A DNA stretch of 64,000 nt from Octopus vulgaris (GCA_951406725.2 OX597814.1:118606001-118670000); one strand, 5' to 3'. Positions 1 through 13,399 are shown, counted from the stretch's first letter. Notes: generated by a model from the sequence alone, not told the origin. Made by a program: numbers and translations.

Positions 1-862
1 AGATATAAACCAATATATATACACATATAAATACACACACATATATGCACACACATTTGCACGTGTTCACCCCTCATCCACACAGTGCTTTATCTGTTCA
101 TATTTTGTCGGACCTGTTAATTACAAAAGATAACCCACCCTACAAAAATGTTGACTTGTAATTTTGAAACACGATCTTCAAGTAAGGCAAGTACACAGTA
201 TGAGACATTTTATGCGACGTTGCAAATCCTCAGACCATTCAATCTCCAATATTGGAGTTCAATATTTCAAGTAATACGAAACAAAACTATGCGGGATGAA
301 ATCGATGTTTTGGAAGCAAATGTATTTTCCGGCTTCGATTCCACCTTAGTGTATTTGTATATCTTGTTACACCTCACGTGAACAATATTGGAGAATGGTT
401 CGATCGATATACTGTTTAGAACAGCAATACACGAAATAATACAGCTTCGATCAGAGGTATTCGATTATGTCATCATTGGTATAGATGTATACACGTATTT
501 GATAAATACTGCTAACGAAAATCGATAGAAATTCGCAAGAGGTTCAAATCATTTTATTATATAATTCTAAGCTGATTCCCTTAAAACATGGCACTCAGCT
601 CATTTGTATGCATTCTTTATTTTGAAGTATCCCGCAAATATGCAATTATCTAATTGAAGGGTTCAATGTTGTTAAATATTCACCTATAATTGCTTCAGTT
701 TTATATATTTATATATGTCTGTGTGTGCGTATGTATGTATATATATATATGTATAATTATATAGATAGATATATAGATAGTTATATATATATATATATAT
801 ATATATAAATATATATATAGAGAGAGAGAGATAGAGAGATGGATAGATAGGAAGATAGATAG

Positions 863-947
<85 letters not shown>

Positions 948-949
<2 letters not shown>

Positions 950-1470
950 GAAATATTGAATTTGTAAATGTCGCAGAGAGACATGAGAAGTGGTGGAGCG
1001 ATAGATCGGTTGTATACTGTCAACATAACTTGACAGTCCCGTAAAGGGAATTACCTCACCGCTATTTAGCCCTAGGAAGCATCGACGCTTCCTGTCGCCT
1101 TTGACACTATTCCTGTGTCCTTATATTTGCGAAGGGGAGGCAAGCACCCCCACCAGCTATATTTGTGGAGGTGACCAGTGAATAGATTTCACTGTAAATA
1201 TATATATTTGCGAAGCCTTGGCAGGCATCTCAACTAGTAGGACTGGGTACCCTGGACTGATGACAACCAAAGACTCAGAAACATCCATGTCTCTAGGTGC
1301 TAGGCCTAGCTGGTGGGGGTGCTTGCCTCCCCTCCGCAAATATAAGGACACAGGTAAAGTGTCAAAGCCGACAGGAAGTGTCGATACTTCCTAGGGCTAA
1401 ATAGCGTTGAGGTAGTTCCCTTTACGGGACTGTCGCGTTATGTTGACTGTATAGAACCACTCTCTCTATA
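948..1470. mobile_element. (TA)n-flanked foldback element, probable PLE pseudo-LTR derivative
   Basis: Arm ~1000-1158 is the reverse complement of ~1307-1465 (e.g. GGGGAGGCAAGCACCCCCACCAGCTA / TAGCTGGTGGGGGTGCTTGCCTCCCC). HHR in the spacer; TA tracts on both sides. Confidence 0.75.
1251..1297 (+). ncRNA. Minimal type I hammerhead ribozyme
   Basis: cctgga-CTGATGA-caaccaaagactca-GAAA-catccatg-TC-tctagg. Stem I is 6 bp (one GU), stem III ACAT/ATGT, GUC site at 1291. Stem II is poorly paired. Confidence 0.7.
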
Positions 1471-1879
1471 TATATATTTGTAAATGTGTCTTTGAGTGTG
1501 CCTGCTTGTGTGTGTGTGTGCGCGACCGCATGTATTTCTGTTCTGTCTCAAAATAAAAAAAGATTTTACATTAACCTGATAGGTTTAGCTGTCGCCGGTG
1601 GTGATTTACTTTGAAGTCACTGTCAATGATATTCTTGTTGCAGAATAACCCCCCACACACACACACACACATATATATGTGAGGGAGAGAGTGACAGACA
1701 GATAAACAGACCGTGTGTGTATGATTGTATCAATCTATATAAATCGATATATACAAAGAGAGATAGATATATATATACAGGTCTACAACAAACGCAAATG
1801 TAGGAGAAAATTTACCAGCATTGACCCCGTCAATTAAATTATTGCATAGCTGCTATATTATCTCACAAAACATTTTTCC

Positions 1880-2045
1880 AGTATAATCTCAACTCCTGGA
1901 AATTTGGGGAAAGTGTCAACTCCTATACTGATACTTATTTCATCGGCGCCAAAATACTGAAAGAAAAATTGACGTCGAAAGAATTTGAACACAGAACCCA
2001 GCGACGGACGAGATACGACTAAGGATTTTGTCCGGTAAGCTAGAT
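1880..2045 (-). mobile_element. Degenerate tRNA-derived SINE (family B)
   Basis: GAATTTGAACACAGAAC...GACGGACGAGATACGACTAAG resembles the copies at 4430-5293 and 33484-33776. Confidence 0.5.
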
Positions 2046-2269
2046 TCAAATTTATAATAATGAATGCATACTAATGAGATGTGTCGCATTATTTCCAGAA
2101 ATGAAAGCTATACAATAAAACAACCTCAGTATCTTCTGAGTGCGCGTGCACAAGCGCTCTACAATGAGTACATTGTGTCTTATCGTAGAAACTGCATGGA
2201 ATAATTACTTATTCCTTTGTCATTCTAAATTATCAGATACCTAGCCACTACACATTTTTTATTTTCTCT

Positions 2270-2410
2270 CTTTGTTTGTTTCTGTGTTCCTTTCCGTGGA
2301 AAGGCGTAGGCTCGAAATGTTAAAGACATTTTCTCATCACGAGCGTTATACATATATCTGTTTGTTGTCTACACCACCTGTCTTCGTTTTTTGTTTTTTT
2401 GTGAATTCTC

Positions 2411-2413
<3 letters not shown>
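2270..2413 (+). mobile_element. Short HHR-bearing repeat (family H) with degenerate HHR at 2290-2325
   Basis: cttt-CCGTGGA-a-aggcgtaggctc-GAAA-tg-TT-aaag. The 3' part matches the reverse complement of 52845-52920; ends at (TA)n. Confidence 0.55.
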
Positions 2414-2467
<54 letters not shown>

Positions 2468-2536
2468 CATACGTACATACACACACACAATATATATATA
2501 TATATACATACACATATATATATATATGTATGTATA

Positions 2537-2598
<62 letters not shown>

Positions 2599-3971
2599 GA
2601 GGAAAAGAATAGGATGATTATCCCCTCGTACAGCACAACTATTTAGCGGTCTAATAGAGTATTCTGGAATATAACAAAAGAGAGAGAGAGAGAGAAAGAG
2701 GACAAATTTCAGAAAGCAGTGTTCTTAATCTCTCAGTACATTTCATTGAATACATATATATATATATACATATATATGTATATATATATATATATGATAT
2801 AATAGAAAAGTATATGAACCTATAAATATATAAATCCGTATAAATCATAAATGTACTTGTATGAGATTTTATGAGGTTGTATATCCATATTAGAAATCAA
2901 TGAGAATATTAAAAAGATGCACACGATGAATGTAAAGCGGTAATCCAAATAGATGAAATGCTGGTATGATTATCAGAAGAATCTTCACAATGTGTGCGAG
3001 TATGCGCCCGTGTGTGCGTGTGTGCGTGTGCGTGTGTGTGTGTGTGTGTGCCGGTGTGTGTGTGTGTGTGCGTGTATAGTATAGTAATTCTCTTAACGGA
3101 ATTGCATCTCATGGTAAATGTACGTGAAGGACGTATTGCACATTTCGAATTATATAAATCAAAGTATCGATAGAAGGGAATAATTGATTGGATGTGAATC
3201 TATGGGACGGTGTTACTACCAGGATATTCCTTCCATACCAAACTAGAGTAAAATACATTTGCAAACATAAAGCATCAGATCTTAATTCCACTAACTACCA
3301 CATCATGACTCATAGCATCGAAATATGATTTTATTTTTCAGACTCTAATGCATCGTAATATATAATAATGCAAATCGTTTCTGAGAGCACAAAGCGTGCG
3401 ACTATTAGATCACAGGAAATATTTTTCACACTCATGGGTAATAATATATTAGCAGTATAAACGCAGACTTGACTGTGTAAGCAAATGTGTGCATTGGTAT
3501 GTTAGCCGTATGTGTGATTTCAGAACAATGGAAAAGTGACATGAACACGAGCTAAGGCTATGATAAAAAATAAAAAATTGCAATTTTGTGTGGGTATACA
3601 ACTGAGAAAAGAAGAGCAAATATTATTAGAGAAGGCAACATAAGCATACAGTGAAAGATCATAGAAGTATTGGAATTCCCTGTGATACGAGAGTCGATAC
3701 CAAAGAAAGTTAAAAAGAAAATAGAAAATAAGGATGTAGCCAGTGAACTGAGGAAACTAACGAAATCGAAGAAACCAATAGTTTCTGTGATAATTGGTGC
3801 GCTTGATGCAACATCCAAAATGCTACCTAAGAGACTGAAGGAGACTGGTATTGAAACACGCAATATTGACCTGCAGAAAATCATAAACTTATATTCTGGA
3901 ATAATGTTAAGGAAACATTATTTACGTTATTTACATTTCATGGATATTGGTCCTCATCATGTTTGTTGTAG

Positions 3972-4013
3972 CACAATGTTTCAGCTTATATACCCTCTAG
4001 CATTCATCAGGTG
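3972..4013 (-). ncRNA. Minimal hammerhead ribozyme motif
   Basis: Minus strand reads cac-CTGATGA-a-tgctagagggtatataagct-GAAA-ca-TT-gtg. Confidence 0.6.
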
Positions 4014-4083
4014 GGTTCTATTTTTCGATGTTGTTGTTATTATTATTATTATTATCATTCTTTTTCTTCTTATTATTATTCAT

Positions 4084-4155
4084 GTCACTGCCTGGAATTG
4101 AACACGGAATCTTGGAGTTAGTAGCCCGCGCTCTTAACCACTGCAACGTATGCCC
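4084..4155 (-). pseudogene. tRNA-like segment (pol III A/B boxes)
   Basis: Minus strand GGGCATACGTTGCAGTGGTTAAGAGCGCGGGCTACTAACTCCAAGATTCCGTGTTCAATTCCAGGC has an A box (AGTGGTTAAG) and a B box (GTTCAATTCC). The acceptor stem is imperfect. Confidence 0.6.
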
Positions 4156-4196
4156 GTCGGCAATTATGGAGTGAATTTTATGGCTTATAAATCTAG

Positions 4197-4240
4197 ACAC
4201 CTGATTAATGCTGGAGGGTATATCAGCCAAAAAGTTGTGT
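4197..4240 (+). ncRNA. Degenerate hammerhead motif (mirror copy)
   Basis: acac-CTGATTA-a-tgctg gagggtatat cagcc-AAAA-ag-TT-gtgt. Core is mutated; stems are retained. Confidence 0.5.
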
Positions 4241-4429
4241 TAACAACAAACAAGATGAGGACAAATATATGTTAAATGTAAATAAAGTGTATAATGTTCT
4301 CTTAAATATAGAACTGTGTTCTAAAGGGATGTTCTTGACATTGGAGGAGACTTGTTTTCACCAAACGTGAAGAGAAAACAACTCTTAACTAAATTATCTA
4401 AATTTACACTAAACTAGTGTAAAAGTGTT

Positions 4430-5293
4430 AATGGCTTCAAATTTTGGCACAACAATTTGGGGAATGTTTAAATCGATTAGAACGACTCCTGTTTACAAGT
4501 GGTACTTATTTTGACGACCCATTCGAAAGGAATCAAAGGTAAAGCCGACCTCATCGGAATTTGGACTTAAAACTTAAAGGCAGACGAAATGTCGCTAAGC
4601 ATTTTTCCCGTCGTGGCAACGATTCTACCAGCTCGCCGCCTTAACAACAACAACAGTAATAATGAGTTAGAATTTTGACCCAAGGCCAGCAATTTCGGGG
4701 AAGCAGGTGTAATGATTACATCGACCCCGTTGCTCTACTAGTATTTGGAAATGGATGATAGGCAAAGTTGGCCTCGGTGGATTTTTAACTCAAGACATAA
4801 AGACGGACGAAATGCTGCTAAGCATTTTGCTCCACGTTCAAACGCTTCTACCAGTTCGCGGCCTTAGCAATAATAATTCCTTCTACCATAGGCACAATGT
4901 CGGAAATTTGAGGGGAGGGGACTTGTCAATTGCATCGACCTCCGCGCTTAACTCTTACTTATTTCATTGACCACGAAACGATGAAAGTCAAAGTTGACCT
5001 CGACGCAATTTGACGTCAGAACCCGCAGACGGATTATATGCCGCTAGGTTCGTTGCTTAAACAATTATAATAGTAATAATGGCTTTAAATTTTGCCACAA
5101 GGGCAGCGCTTTTGGGAGAGGGAATGTGTCAATTAAATGGACCCTTGTGTTTAACTGGTATTTATTCTATCGACCCCCAAAAGATGAAATGCAAATTTGA
5201 CCACGGCGGAATTTGAACTTAGAATGTAGCGACGGGCGAAATACCGTTAAGTATTTCGTCCGCCGAGCTAACGATTCTGCAAGCTCGCGCCTT
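4430..5293 (-). mobile_element. Four head-to-tail tRNA-derived SINE B copies
   Basis: ~210 bp units (about 4432-4643, 4664-4866, 4878-5060, 5079-5293), with GTCGACC...GGAATTTGAACT and CAGCTCGCCGCCTT variants, separated by (AAT/AAC)n. Confidence 0.8.
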
Positions 5294-5303
5294 TATATAA
5301 TAG

Positions 5304-5304
5304 C

Positions 5305-5384
<80 letters not shown>

Positions 5385-5448
5385 GAAGAAGAAGAAGAAG
5401 AAGAAGAATAGTAGTAGTAGTAGTAAAAGTAATAGTAATAATAATAAT
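5304..5448. repeat. Compound (AAT)n(AAG)n(TAG)n microsatellite
   Basis: Direct reading. Confidence 0.95.
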
Positions 5449-7742
5449 GAACAATATATTTTTAGAGACAAACGATTCCTCGGGAGAAAATACGAACATT
5501 AATAAAGATTAGCACCTTCGAGCTGTAACAATGATATAATTGCATATGTAGAACATGAAATGAACAATCGTAGAAACAGCAGGTTTTTGGTTTCGAGAAA
5601 AAGAAATAAGAAGCAATCAACCGGTGGTTGCCGGTCGATATATCAATGAAAATACATTCACTTGTATTTCCAACTGACACTATTCACTCGAGTTGTAATC
5701 CTTGAATTAGCAGGAAACTAAAAACTTGTTTGAATATCAAGGAAAAAAAAAAATTTCGTATTTACAATATTCTGAAAGTGAGATTGGAAGAATTCTTTTC
5801 CCATCAACAACTCTTCGCCCCGAGCTATTGTAGATATTTGGAATAATACAGGGTATTACCGAATTCTTAATCTATCTTAATACGTCATCCCTTCCAATGT
5901 CAGATGACATTTTATCTCTAATCCTATAATACAGCAAAAGCGTATTGCCATTCCTTTTAAAATTTGTCACACCTTCAAGAAATAATAGTGCAAGAAATGC
6001 TGAAAGTAGCAAAATATAATACTTATTTATAAATGTTTCTGTAAGGTAGAGACTCACAATTACGATCTTTCGAAAGACATTTGTGGACATATAAGCTATA
6101 ATTTAAATTTAAAAACGATTTTACACCCAAATTACATGGATTTCCTTTCGATAAAATCTCTCAGACACAATTCTTAATAGAAGCGAAGACTGAATAATCT
6201 GCTATTTGTATCACATATTGTATGCCTCAGTTCTGATAATGTTCACCGTAGAATGAACTGTAGAATTTGGTATTATAGCAAATTCACAATTTACTTAAAG
6301 AAAAGATAAAACGAAATACCCATTGCGACGGCTAGCAGAACCCTAAAGAAAATGTATTTAACACTACTTGGAGTTGTGTTCGACATAGTTGTATATCCTC
6401 TGGTGCTGCGCACAATAATGACAGGCGTCAACAAAAACAGAGCAGATTACAACAAATATTTAAGTAACCGATACTATATTATACCAACAAGGCACAGACC
6501 CATGTACAACTCCAAAAACCATAGATGTAATACCATAAGAATTTTTCCACTTTACGTCAAACAAGGAACTAACTGAAAACTCTGGCTCACTTAATAACAT
6601 TTTTAGCAACACTAACGTTCTTCACAAACTATCCTCATCCTGCAGAGAGACAGGGAGCTGAGCACAATGAAGATGTAGTCTAAAAGGCCAGGTTTGAGTG
6701 GGCTATAATGGATTACTGACTAGAAATATGGAATTGTAATGAAACAGTAAAATTTTTCTTAATATTAGGATCAGAAAAATGTCATAATCTCGTACAAAAG
6801 TGTAATATCGAAAACATTAACAAGAGAAAAGATAATGCATATAGCGTTTAAAAATTATTTAGAACCGGCGGTAAAAATATGCAAAGAAATATCATCAAGG
6901 TTTCAGGAAAATATTGCTTCCTCTTGTGACAAATATGATGACAAAAACAAGGGGAAGGGCCTGCTTTTTGTTTAAGATTTTAGTATTCCATTCTTTAGAA
7001 CATTTTTCATCGAATGATACACAGAATCGAGGTCATATATGCTATGTACACCAAGAAAAATGAGCGAAAACATTTAAATCTTGACATACTAAGGGGGTAA
7101 AATATTTTACTGCACTAGCAATGTGTTTAAGTCACCTGTATTTCTATGTTGTAACACAGACACAGTACAGCTCTGATTAACTGTACATAGTTGGAGGGCT
7201 TTCTATATTTAACATCTCAGTTTGGCTTCAGGCATAGAAATCAAAGATGAGAATATGAAATATTCATTGCAAGGTTCATCCTTAAACTAGAAATGTATTA
7301 CTTAAATTGGCAGGGATTTAGATAATGTAGCATGCCACACGGTCAAGAGGTGGTTGTCTTACTGAATGCTTGTACCGATAGATTTATCCGTAAAGGTGTG
7401 CTTGTTTATAATATATAACAGTCTCTTTACAATTATTTCTTTTCTGATATCTTCAGATGCACATTGGGTAAATGTCTATAACTAGAGTCTAATATGAACC
7501 AAAGAATGAGTTATATCTGAAAAACAAAAAAAAGAAGCTGGAATTTCCGCTCGAGTTCTTTAATCTCTTACTTCAAAAATCTAAGAAAAAGCCACCCTTT
7601 CCACACATACATGTGCATGTATATACTATATATTCATGCGTGTGTGCCTACAAATGGATATAAAATAACAGAGACAGATCAAAAAGACGGTTAGATTTAT
7701 TAAACATTCAGATAAACATATAGCGAGCTAGCTATCTATTTT

Positions 7743-7789
<47 letters not shown>

Positions 7790-7916
7790 TTCAGCAAAAT
7801 TTAGATTCAAATGAATATGGTACTTAAGTCAGAGGCACCAGAATTTTGTATGATATTATCCATATAAATCCATGGGGCAATAATAATCAAAATAAGCAAA
7901 AAATATATCTTCGGTA

Positions 7917-8005
7917 ATTTGGTACGATCGTTTCATGTTACTTCATTTTATTACACATTGTAAGTTTTACATCAGTTTTAAAATGTTGACCAATCTTCAG
8001 CCAAT
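7917..8005 (-). ncRNA. Hammerhead ribozyme motif with long stem II insert
   Basis: Minus strand ttgg-CTGAAGA-ttgg...aacat-GAAA-cgatcg-TA-ccaa. Stem III is the palindrome ACGATCGT. Confidence 0.65.
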
Positions 8006-8219
8006 TATAGAAGTCTTCCCTCAAACAAAACAATACATATATTTATTTCAATTTTCTTTTGCCCACATTATAAAGAGGGTAGATTAAAATTTTGATACTA
8101 TCATGTTCTTAACAATCAAATCAACCTCTCTCTCTGTATATCTACCCTCTTTGCAATGTTGGCAAAAGAAAATGGAAATAAGTATATCTATTTTCCGGTT
8201 GATGGAAGACTTCTATAAA

Positions 8220-8304
8220 TGGCTGAAGATTGTTTAACATTTTAAAACAGATGTAATCCTTACAAGATTTAATAAAATGAAGTAGCATGAAACAATCGTA
8301 CCAA
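8220..8304 (+). ncRNA. Hammerhead ribozyme motif (mirror copy)
   Basis: tgg-CTGAAGA(8223-8229)-ttgtt...agcat-GAAA(8289-8292)-caatcg-TA-cca. Confidence 0.6.
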
Positions 8305-10557
8305 ATTACCGAAGATATACTTGTTGCTTATTTTGATTATATATATATATGTGTGTGTGTGTGTGTATGTATTTGTGTGCATGTGTGTGTGTGTTTGTGT
8401 GCATAGATAAATAGATAAATACATACATTCATACATATATATGTGTGTGTGTAGAACTTAACATATTGTTTATTGTGGGTGTAGATATATTCAAATTGAT
8501 TGAAGACACGCATTTGATACGTGTTCTGAAAGAAGATTGATAATTTCTCAGAAGCTACTTACTACCAATCTTGCATTGTCATCATCCACCGACGTAATAA
8601 TACTGATTGTCTGCTTTCTTTATATAACTTGGCGATTTTAAATATTGCGTCAGACACCGCTTTATTTGGCCGAATGCCCCGGATTTCTTAAATGGAATAC
8701 TGCAACTCATTAGTGTTAAATCATTGGAAGTCTTCTGTAAGTAATAACTGATTCTATTTTCCGGTTTAATAGACTCAAATTACATAGAGTTATAATTTCT
8801 TCTGCATTTGTACAAGCAGAATATTCAATGTGATTTCCAGTTGAAGACATAGTTTTCTTATATAACAAAATGTTACATCCAAATTTACAACAACACGCGC
8901 ACGTTGGTGGTAAAATCTTGCTCTTCTTCTGGTATCCAAGACTTTATCGTTTCGAAAAAGAATTGATGACAAGGAAAACCACAAAGGTTAACAGAGCACA
9001 GAAATAATTTAATTGGGAGTAAAGGTTATGTTCAATTCACTTGTTTAGAGTTCATACAAATCTTATTCATGTACTTCAACGTCACACCGTAATCGGATAT
9101 ATTTCCTACATCATAGGACTTCAATAAGATATCCCTAAGTAAATTTAGTAATAACCAAGATTAACATTGGAAGGTCACATAATTAGGCTATGAGAAAAAA
9201 GGCCATTCTAAAACAGTATACAAATGTACACCACCAGAAGGACAAAGAAGAGGATAAAGCCGAAAAGCGCATTTATGATGAACATTCATGATGGGGATGA
9301 GAGAGGTGAATTTCATGTGGCCGGATGGATTTACCTGATAGCGGCATATGTGCGCGAGATTACAGGAGGGCCTGATACTCGTATCTGTCGTTGATTATCT
9401 CAGAAATATCACCAGCGTATTTATTTCAACAATTCATGCTTGATTCTTTGATACGCAATTTTCAATGTAGCCTTTTGTCAGTTTCAGCTGACAAGAAACA
9501 ATCTCCGTGATAAAGGTCGTATGAGAGCGTATGAGAGCGTATCTTAACCCCCACACTGCGAAGGTTAAAACATTGTACACTTCTGGTTTAACTTCAAGGA
9601 AGAAACAGCGCTTCTGTTCAATGAAAATGATAAGATTATAGCCAACACATAGTATTATGATTTTAACTAACCAAAAAAAAAAAAAATGCTTTGTATCAAT
9701 CTTAATGGTTTGGCGTAACGCTGGAAATAAAAAGAAAACCATCACTGTTATTTTCACCAGTAGTTAATTACACAATATACATCAGCTACAGCTAAGGGAA
9801 CTGTATCTTCTAAAGTAATCAGCTTTGAGAAACAAACTTAATTGCGATTTATACTGTTTGGGCACTACATTGTGTTATGAAATATACTGAATTGATACGA
9901 GACGAAATAAAGTAAGATTTCTCACAGAAAACAAGTTAATTATGATATCAGTACATTTGAATAATACTCAATGGTGTATCATTATAACATTAATTGTTAA
10001 CTCTTGCGGCTAGCATGATCAATTAAACAAGTTTTCTTTGATATCGACGTTCATAGAATTCCATTCATAAATTTTGATTCAACTCTATTCTCTATCAATT
10101 TACGCTGAGACACTTTATTTAATTGTCGAAATTATAGATAGGAAATTAATCTACAAATAGGTTCATTTAAAATTATCTGCGTAAGTTGTACAAAAATTCC
10201 CAAAGTAAACATTATATAACGGGTAAAGTATTTCATGATGTAATCTACTCGAAATCACATCAAATCATACATTTTCATACAGAAACTATTTATATAGTAA
10301 CATTCAACATGATCTCAAGAGTCGATATACGTAGGTATATAACTCTATTCTGAGAGGAAGTAATTACTTCGAAGTGAATACTTTGGATATAGGTCACTAC
10401 ACTTAGACATAAACGTCGATAAGTGCGTTCATTCTCTGTTAGGTTCCTGATACCGTATTCAGTACCATGCAATGTTGATCGTTGCATATTTCTTTATTTT
10501 TTTGTTGCATAACAAGCAGTAAAGACGCATAGATTTTCATTTTCGAGGCAGACGCGC

Positions 10558-10780
<223 letters not shown>

Positions 10781-11338
10781 ACAAAATTTCAGGATTCAAT
10801 ACAACCAGCCATTTAATGCCGCCTTTAATCAATTAAAATGTCTTTGGATACAGGTGTAGTGAATTGACCCATCCACCTGTTGTGTCAATTATTTATCTAT
10901 ATGTGTGTGTTTGTGCGTTTCTGTGTATGTGTGCGCACGCGCATTTATATTTATATATACATATTTTGTCTTGATTGAATGTACAAGCAATACTACAAGT
11001 ACCACTGTTAAGAGCTCCATTATGCTACCATAGATTAGCTTGCTTCTAGTGTACTATGCTTAGCAATATTATTGGTTGTGAAATGCAGAGGAAATATAGG
11101 AGAAATTACGACTAACACATGTTTATAAAATTATTCCATTCCTACGTCTAACCATTATCTTTACCTACAGCCCTACATTGGATTTTCGAAGTGGTTTTGG
11201 ATCCTTAATCAGAACAAATCATCAAGGAACACTTTTATGCATGAAGAGAACATATTACGTACATTTATACATATGTGTATCTGTAGATGAACGAAATGCT
11301 TCTAAACGACTCTCTCAAACATCATACAACATCTAAAT

Positions 11339-11813
11339 CTCGAAAGAGTCCAGAAGCTGGCTACCCGCATGGTTCTTGGTCTCAAGAATTTGTCTTATGA
11401 AGAATGGCTGAAGACGCTCGACCTTTATTCTCTAGAAAACCGACGACGCCGTGGAGATCTCATTCTTGCTCACAATATCATAAGCGGAAAGTGTAACCTC
11501 CCGAAAGAGCTGTTCTTCACTCCTGCTCCAGAGTGTCGGCTGCTGGGTCATTCCGAAAAGCTCTATCTGCGACGATTTCCTCTCAATCGAAGGAGAGGAG
11601 CTTTCTCCCACAGGGGTGCGGATCCGTGGAATAAGCTGCCAGACGAGATGGTGAAGATGCCGACGACCGCTCGGTTCAAAGTCTCCCTTGACCTCAAGTG
11701 GCCTGAACTCTTTACATGAACACCACCCTGTACATAACTCCATGTCCCCCTACATGGCCTTGCTTTTTGCTTTTTGAACCAAAAAGTTAACTAACTATCT
11801 CACTAACTAACTA
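11339..11813 (+). mobile_element. 5'-truncated CR1/L2-type LINE 3' end
   Basis: LERVQKLATRMVLGLKNLSYEEWLKTLDLYSLENRRRRGDLI...GHSEKL...FSHRGADPWNKLP. (AACT)n tail; CTAAATC on both flanks is a possible TSD. Confidence 0.9.
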
Positions 11814-13028
11814 AATCGAAATATGTTTCTAAATGTGGCAGAATTTCTGTTAACGAAGTATCCAACTATGCACTACGTATTTCATTCTGTTTTATTCCCA
11901 TGAGTGGACATTTGTTGCATGCCGTAGTTGTTACAGCTAATAATTGTTACTATTGTAAAAGAATCTTAAGAAATAGGAAACTGTATCAAGTAATTATTGA
12001 AAATTCTCTGAGATTATATAGCGATTCGCAAAGAAATTTGGATTCACATTGAAATTCTCCTTTCCATTACCCAAATATTAAAGCCTACCATAAATGTCGT
12101 TGGATTAACAGTTATGTGTTTCACATAAATACATTCGTCACTATTCTTGTATCTTTTAGAAGTAGACAGCGATATAAAATATTAAAGTCATTTGCATAAT
12201 TCATGATATCCATATATTAGCAAACAATGCTATAGATATTTTTTTGATAGTCATTCAGGGACGAATCAAAAGATTGTTGAGTAAATTATTTACAATCTTT
12301 AGATGTCACAATTTACATTGTTCATTGAAATTTGCTTTGTGTATATTTTGAAATTCAACCGTCGGGGTTTCTTCAAAAATGCAGCCAGAAAGGTGCCGAG
12401 AAAGGGATAACGTAACTGAGTGTCATATACACTGAATCATATAGTCTTAAACTTGTATCCAAAATCGATATCGTACATTGATCTCCCATACAATGACATT
12501 TTATATAACTGTCAAAAATACCCACATCAATGGTTTTTGCTATGGTTGCACAATGGTCCCACTGATTAAACTATATTTTTATATTGCTGTGAAGTGACTT
12601 ACTCCAACTATTTTCGAGAAATGAATATAAAGGAGAGGAAAGAAACTAAAAAAAAAAGAGAGTAGAAAAAACAATAGAAAAAATGAAAATAGTAAACCAT
12701 ATGAAGTTCTTGATGTTCAAAACTTCAGGATGAAGGAAAGTTTTCGATGTTGTGATAGACAGAGATTTACACACAAACACAAACACGCACAGGCACGCAC
12801 GCACACATACACACACACACACTCACACACACACACACACTCACGCTAATGCAGACATGAAATATATATTTCGAATATATCTCAAATCGATGTTATTAAA
12901 CTAACGGTTGCTAGAGAGCATTACTGTTGCAATAAATTATTGAAACGCGCATACATGCACAGACTTGTGTCTGTATTTGATGTATACAGACGCCTGTATG
13001 TGTGTCCGTGTGTATACATATACATATG

Positions 13029-13109
<81 letters not shown>

Positions 13110-13332
13110 CATATAAATGTGCGTGTTCATATATGTCTGTGTGTGTGTGTTTGCGTATGTGTGTATCGGATAGCCGATAGGTAATGATTGTAAAGAATAA
13201 AATACAAAGAATAAATGGGAAGGGCGTAAGGTGTTTTGAATGAATAGCACTCAAATTTTTGTGGCGTTCTCTGAAGGTCAGCCATGCATATCATGCGTGA
13301 CAACTTGGATACACACCACGATTAACACATGT

Positions 13333-13392
<60 letters not shown>

Positions 13393-13399
<7 letters not shown>

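Larger units (their letters stand above)
3914..4323. mobile_element. HHR foldback element with tRNA-like centre
   Basis: Inverted arms 3914-4013 and 4198-4298 each carry an outward-facing HHR. The spacer has (TTA)n plus a tRNA-like segment. Confidence 0.75.
3480..4420 (+). mobile_element. 3' fragment of R4/Dong-like non-LTR retrotransposon (REL endonuclease), interrupted at ~3912-4323
   Basis: ORF 3670: KKKIENKDVASELRKL...PIVSVIIGALDATSKMLPKRLKETGIE...DLQK...LYSGIMLRK resembles the REL C-terminus (KxEKYxDLxxELRxLW...VPVVIGALG...LQK...ILR). It resumes as RDVLDI at ~4324. Confidence 0.75.
7788..8340. mobile_element. (TA)n-flanked foldback element with two HHRs
   Basis: Arms 7883-8084 and 8140-8340 are reverse complements. 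The left side has a ~95 bp extension to (TA)n. Confidence 0.8.

Noticed and set aside
1825-1836. CCCCGTCAATT, resembling a conserved SSU rRNA motif
   Set aside because: Only about 11 nt, with no rRNA-like flanks.
4430-5293. Regularly spaced repeats resembling a CRISPR array
   Set aside because: Units are ~210 bp diverged SINEs without unique spacers, in a eukaryotic context.
7420-7462. Minus-strand CTGAAGA...GAAA-taattg-TA hammerhead-like string
   Set aside because: Stems I and II do not pair and there is no repeat context; likely chance.
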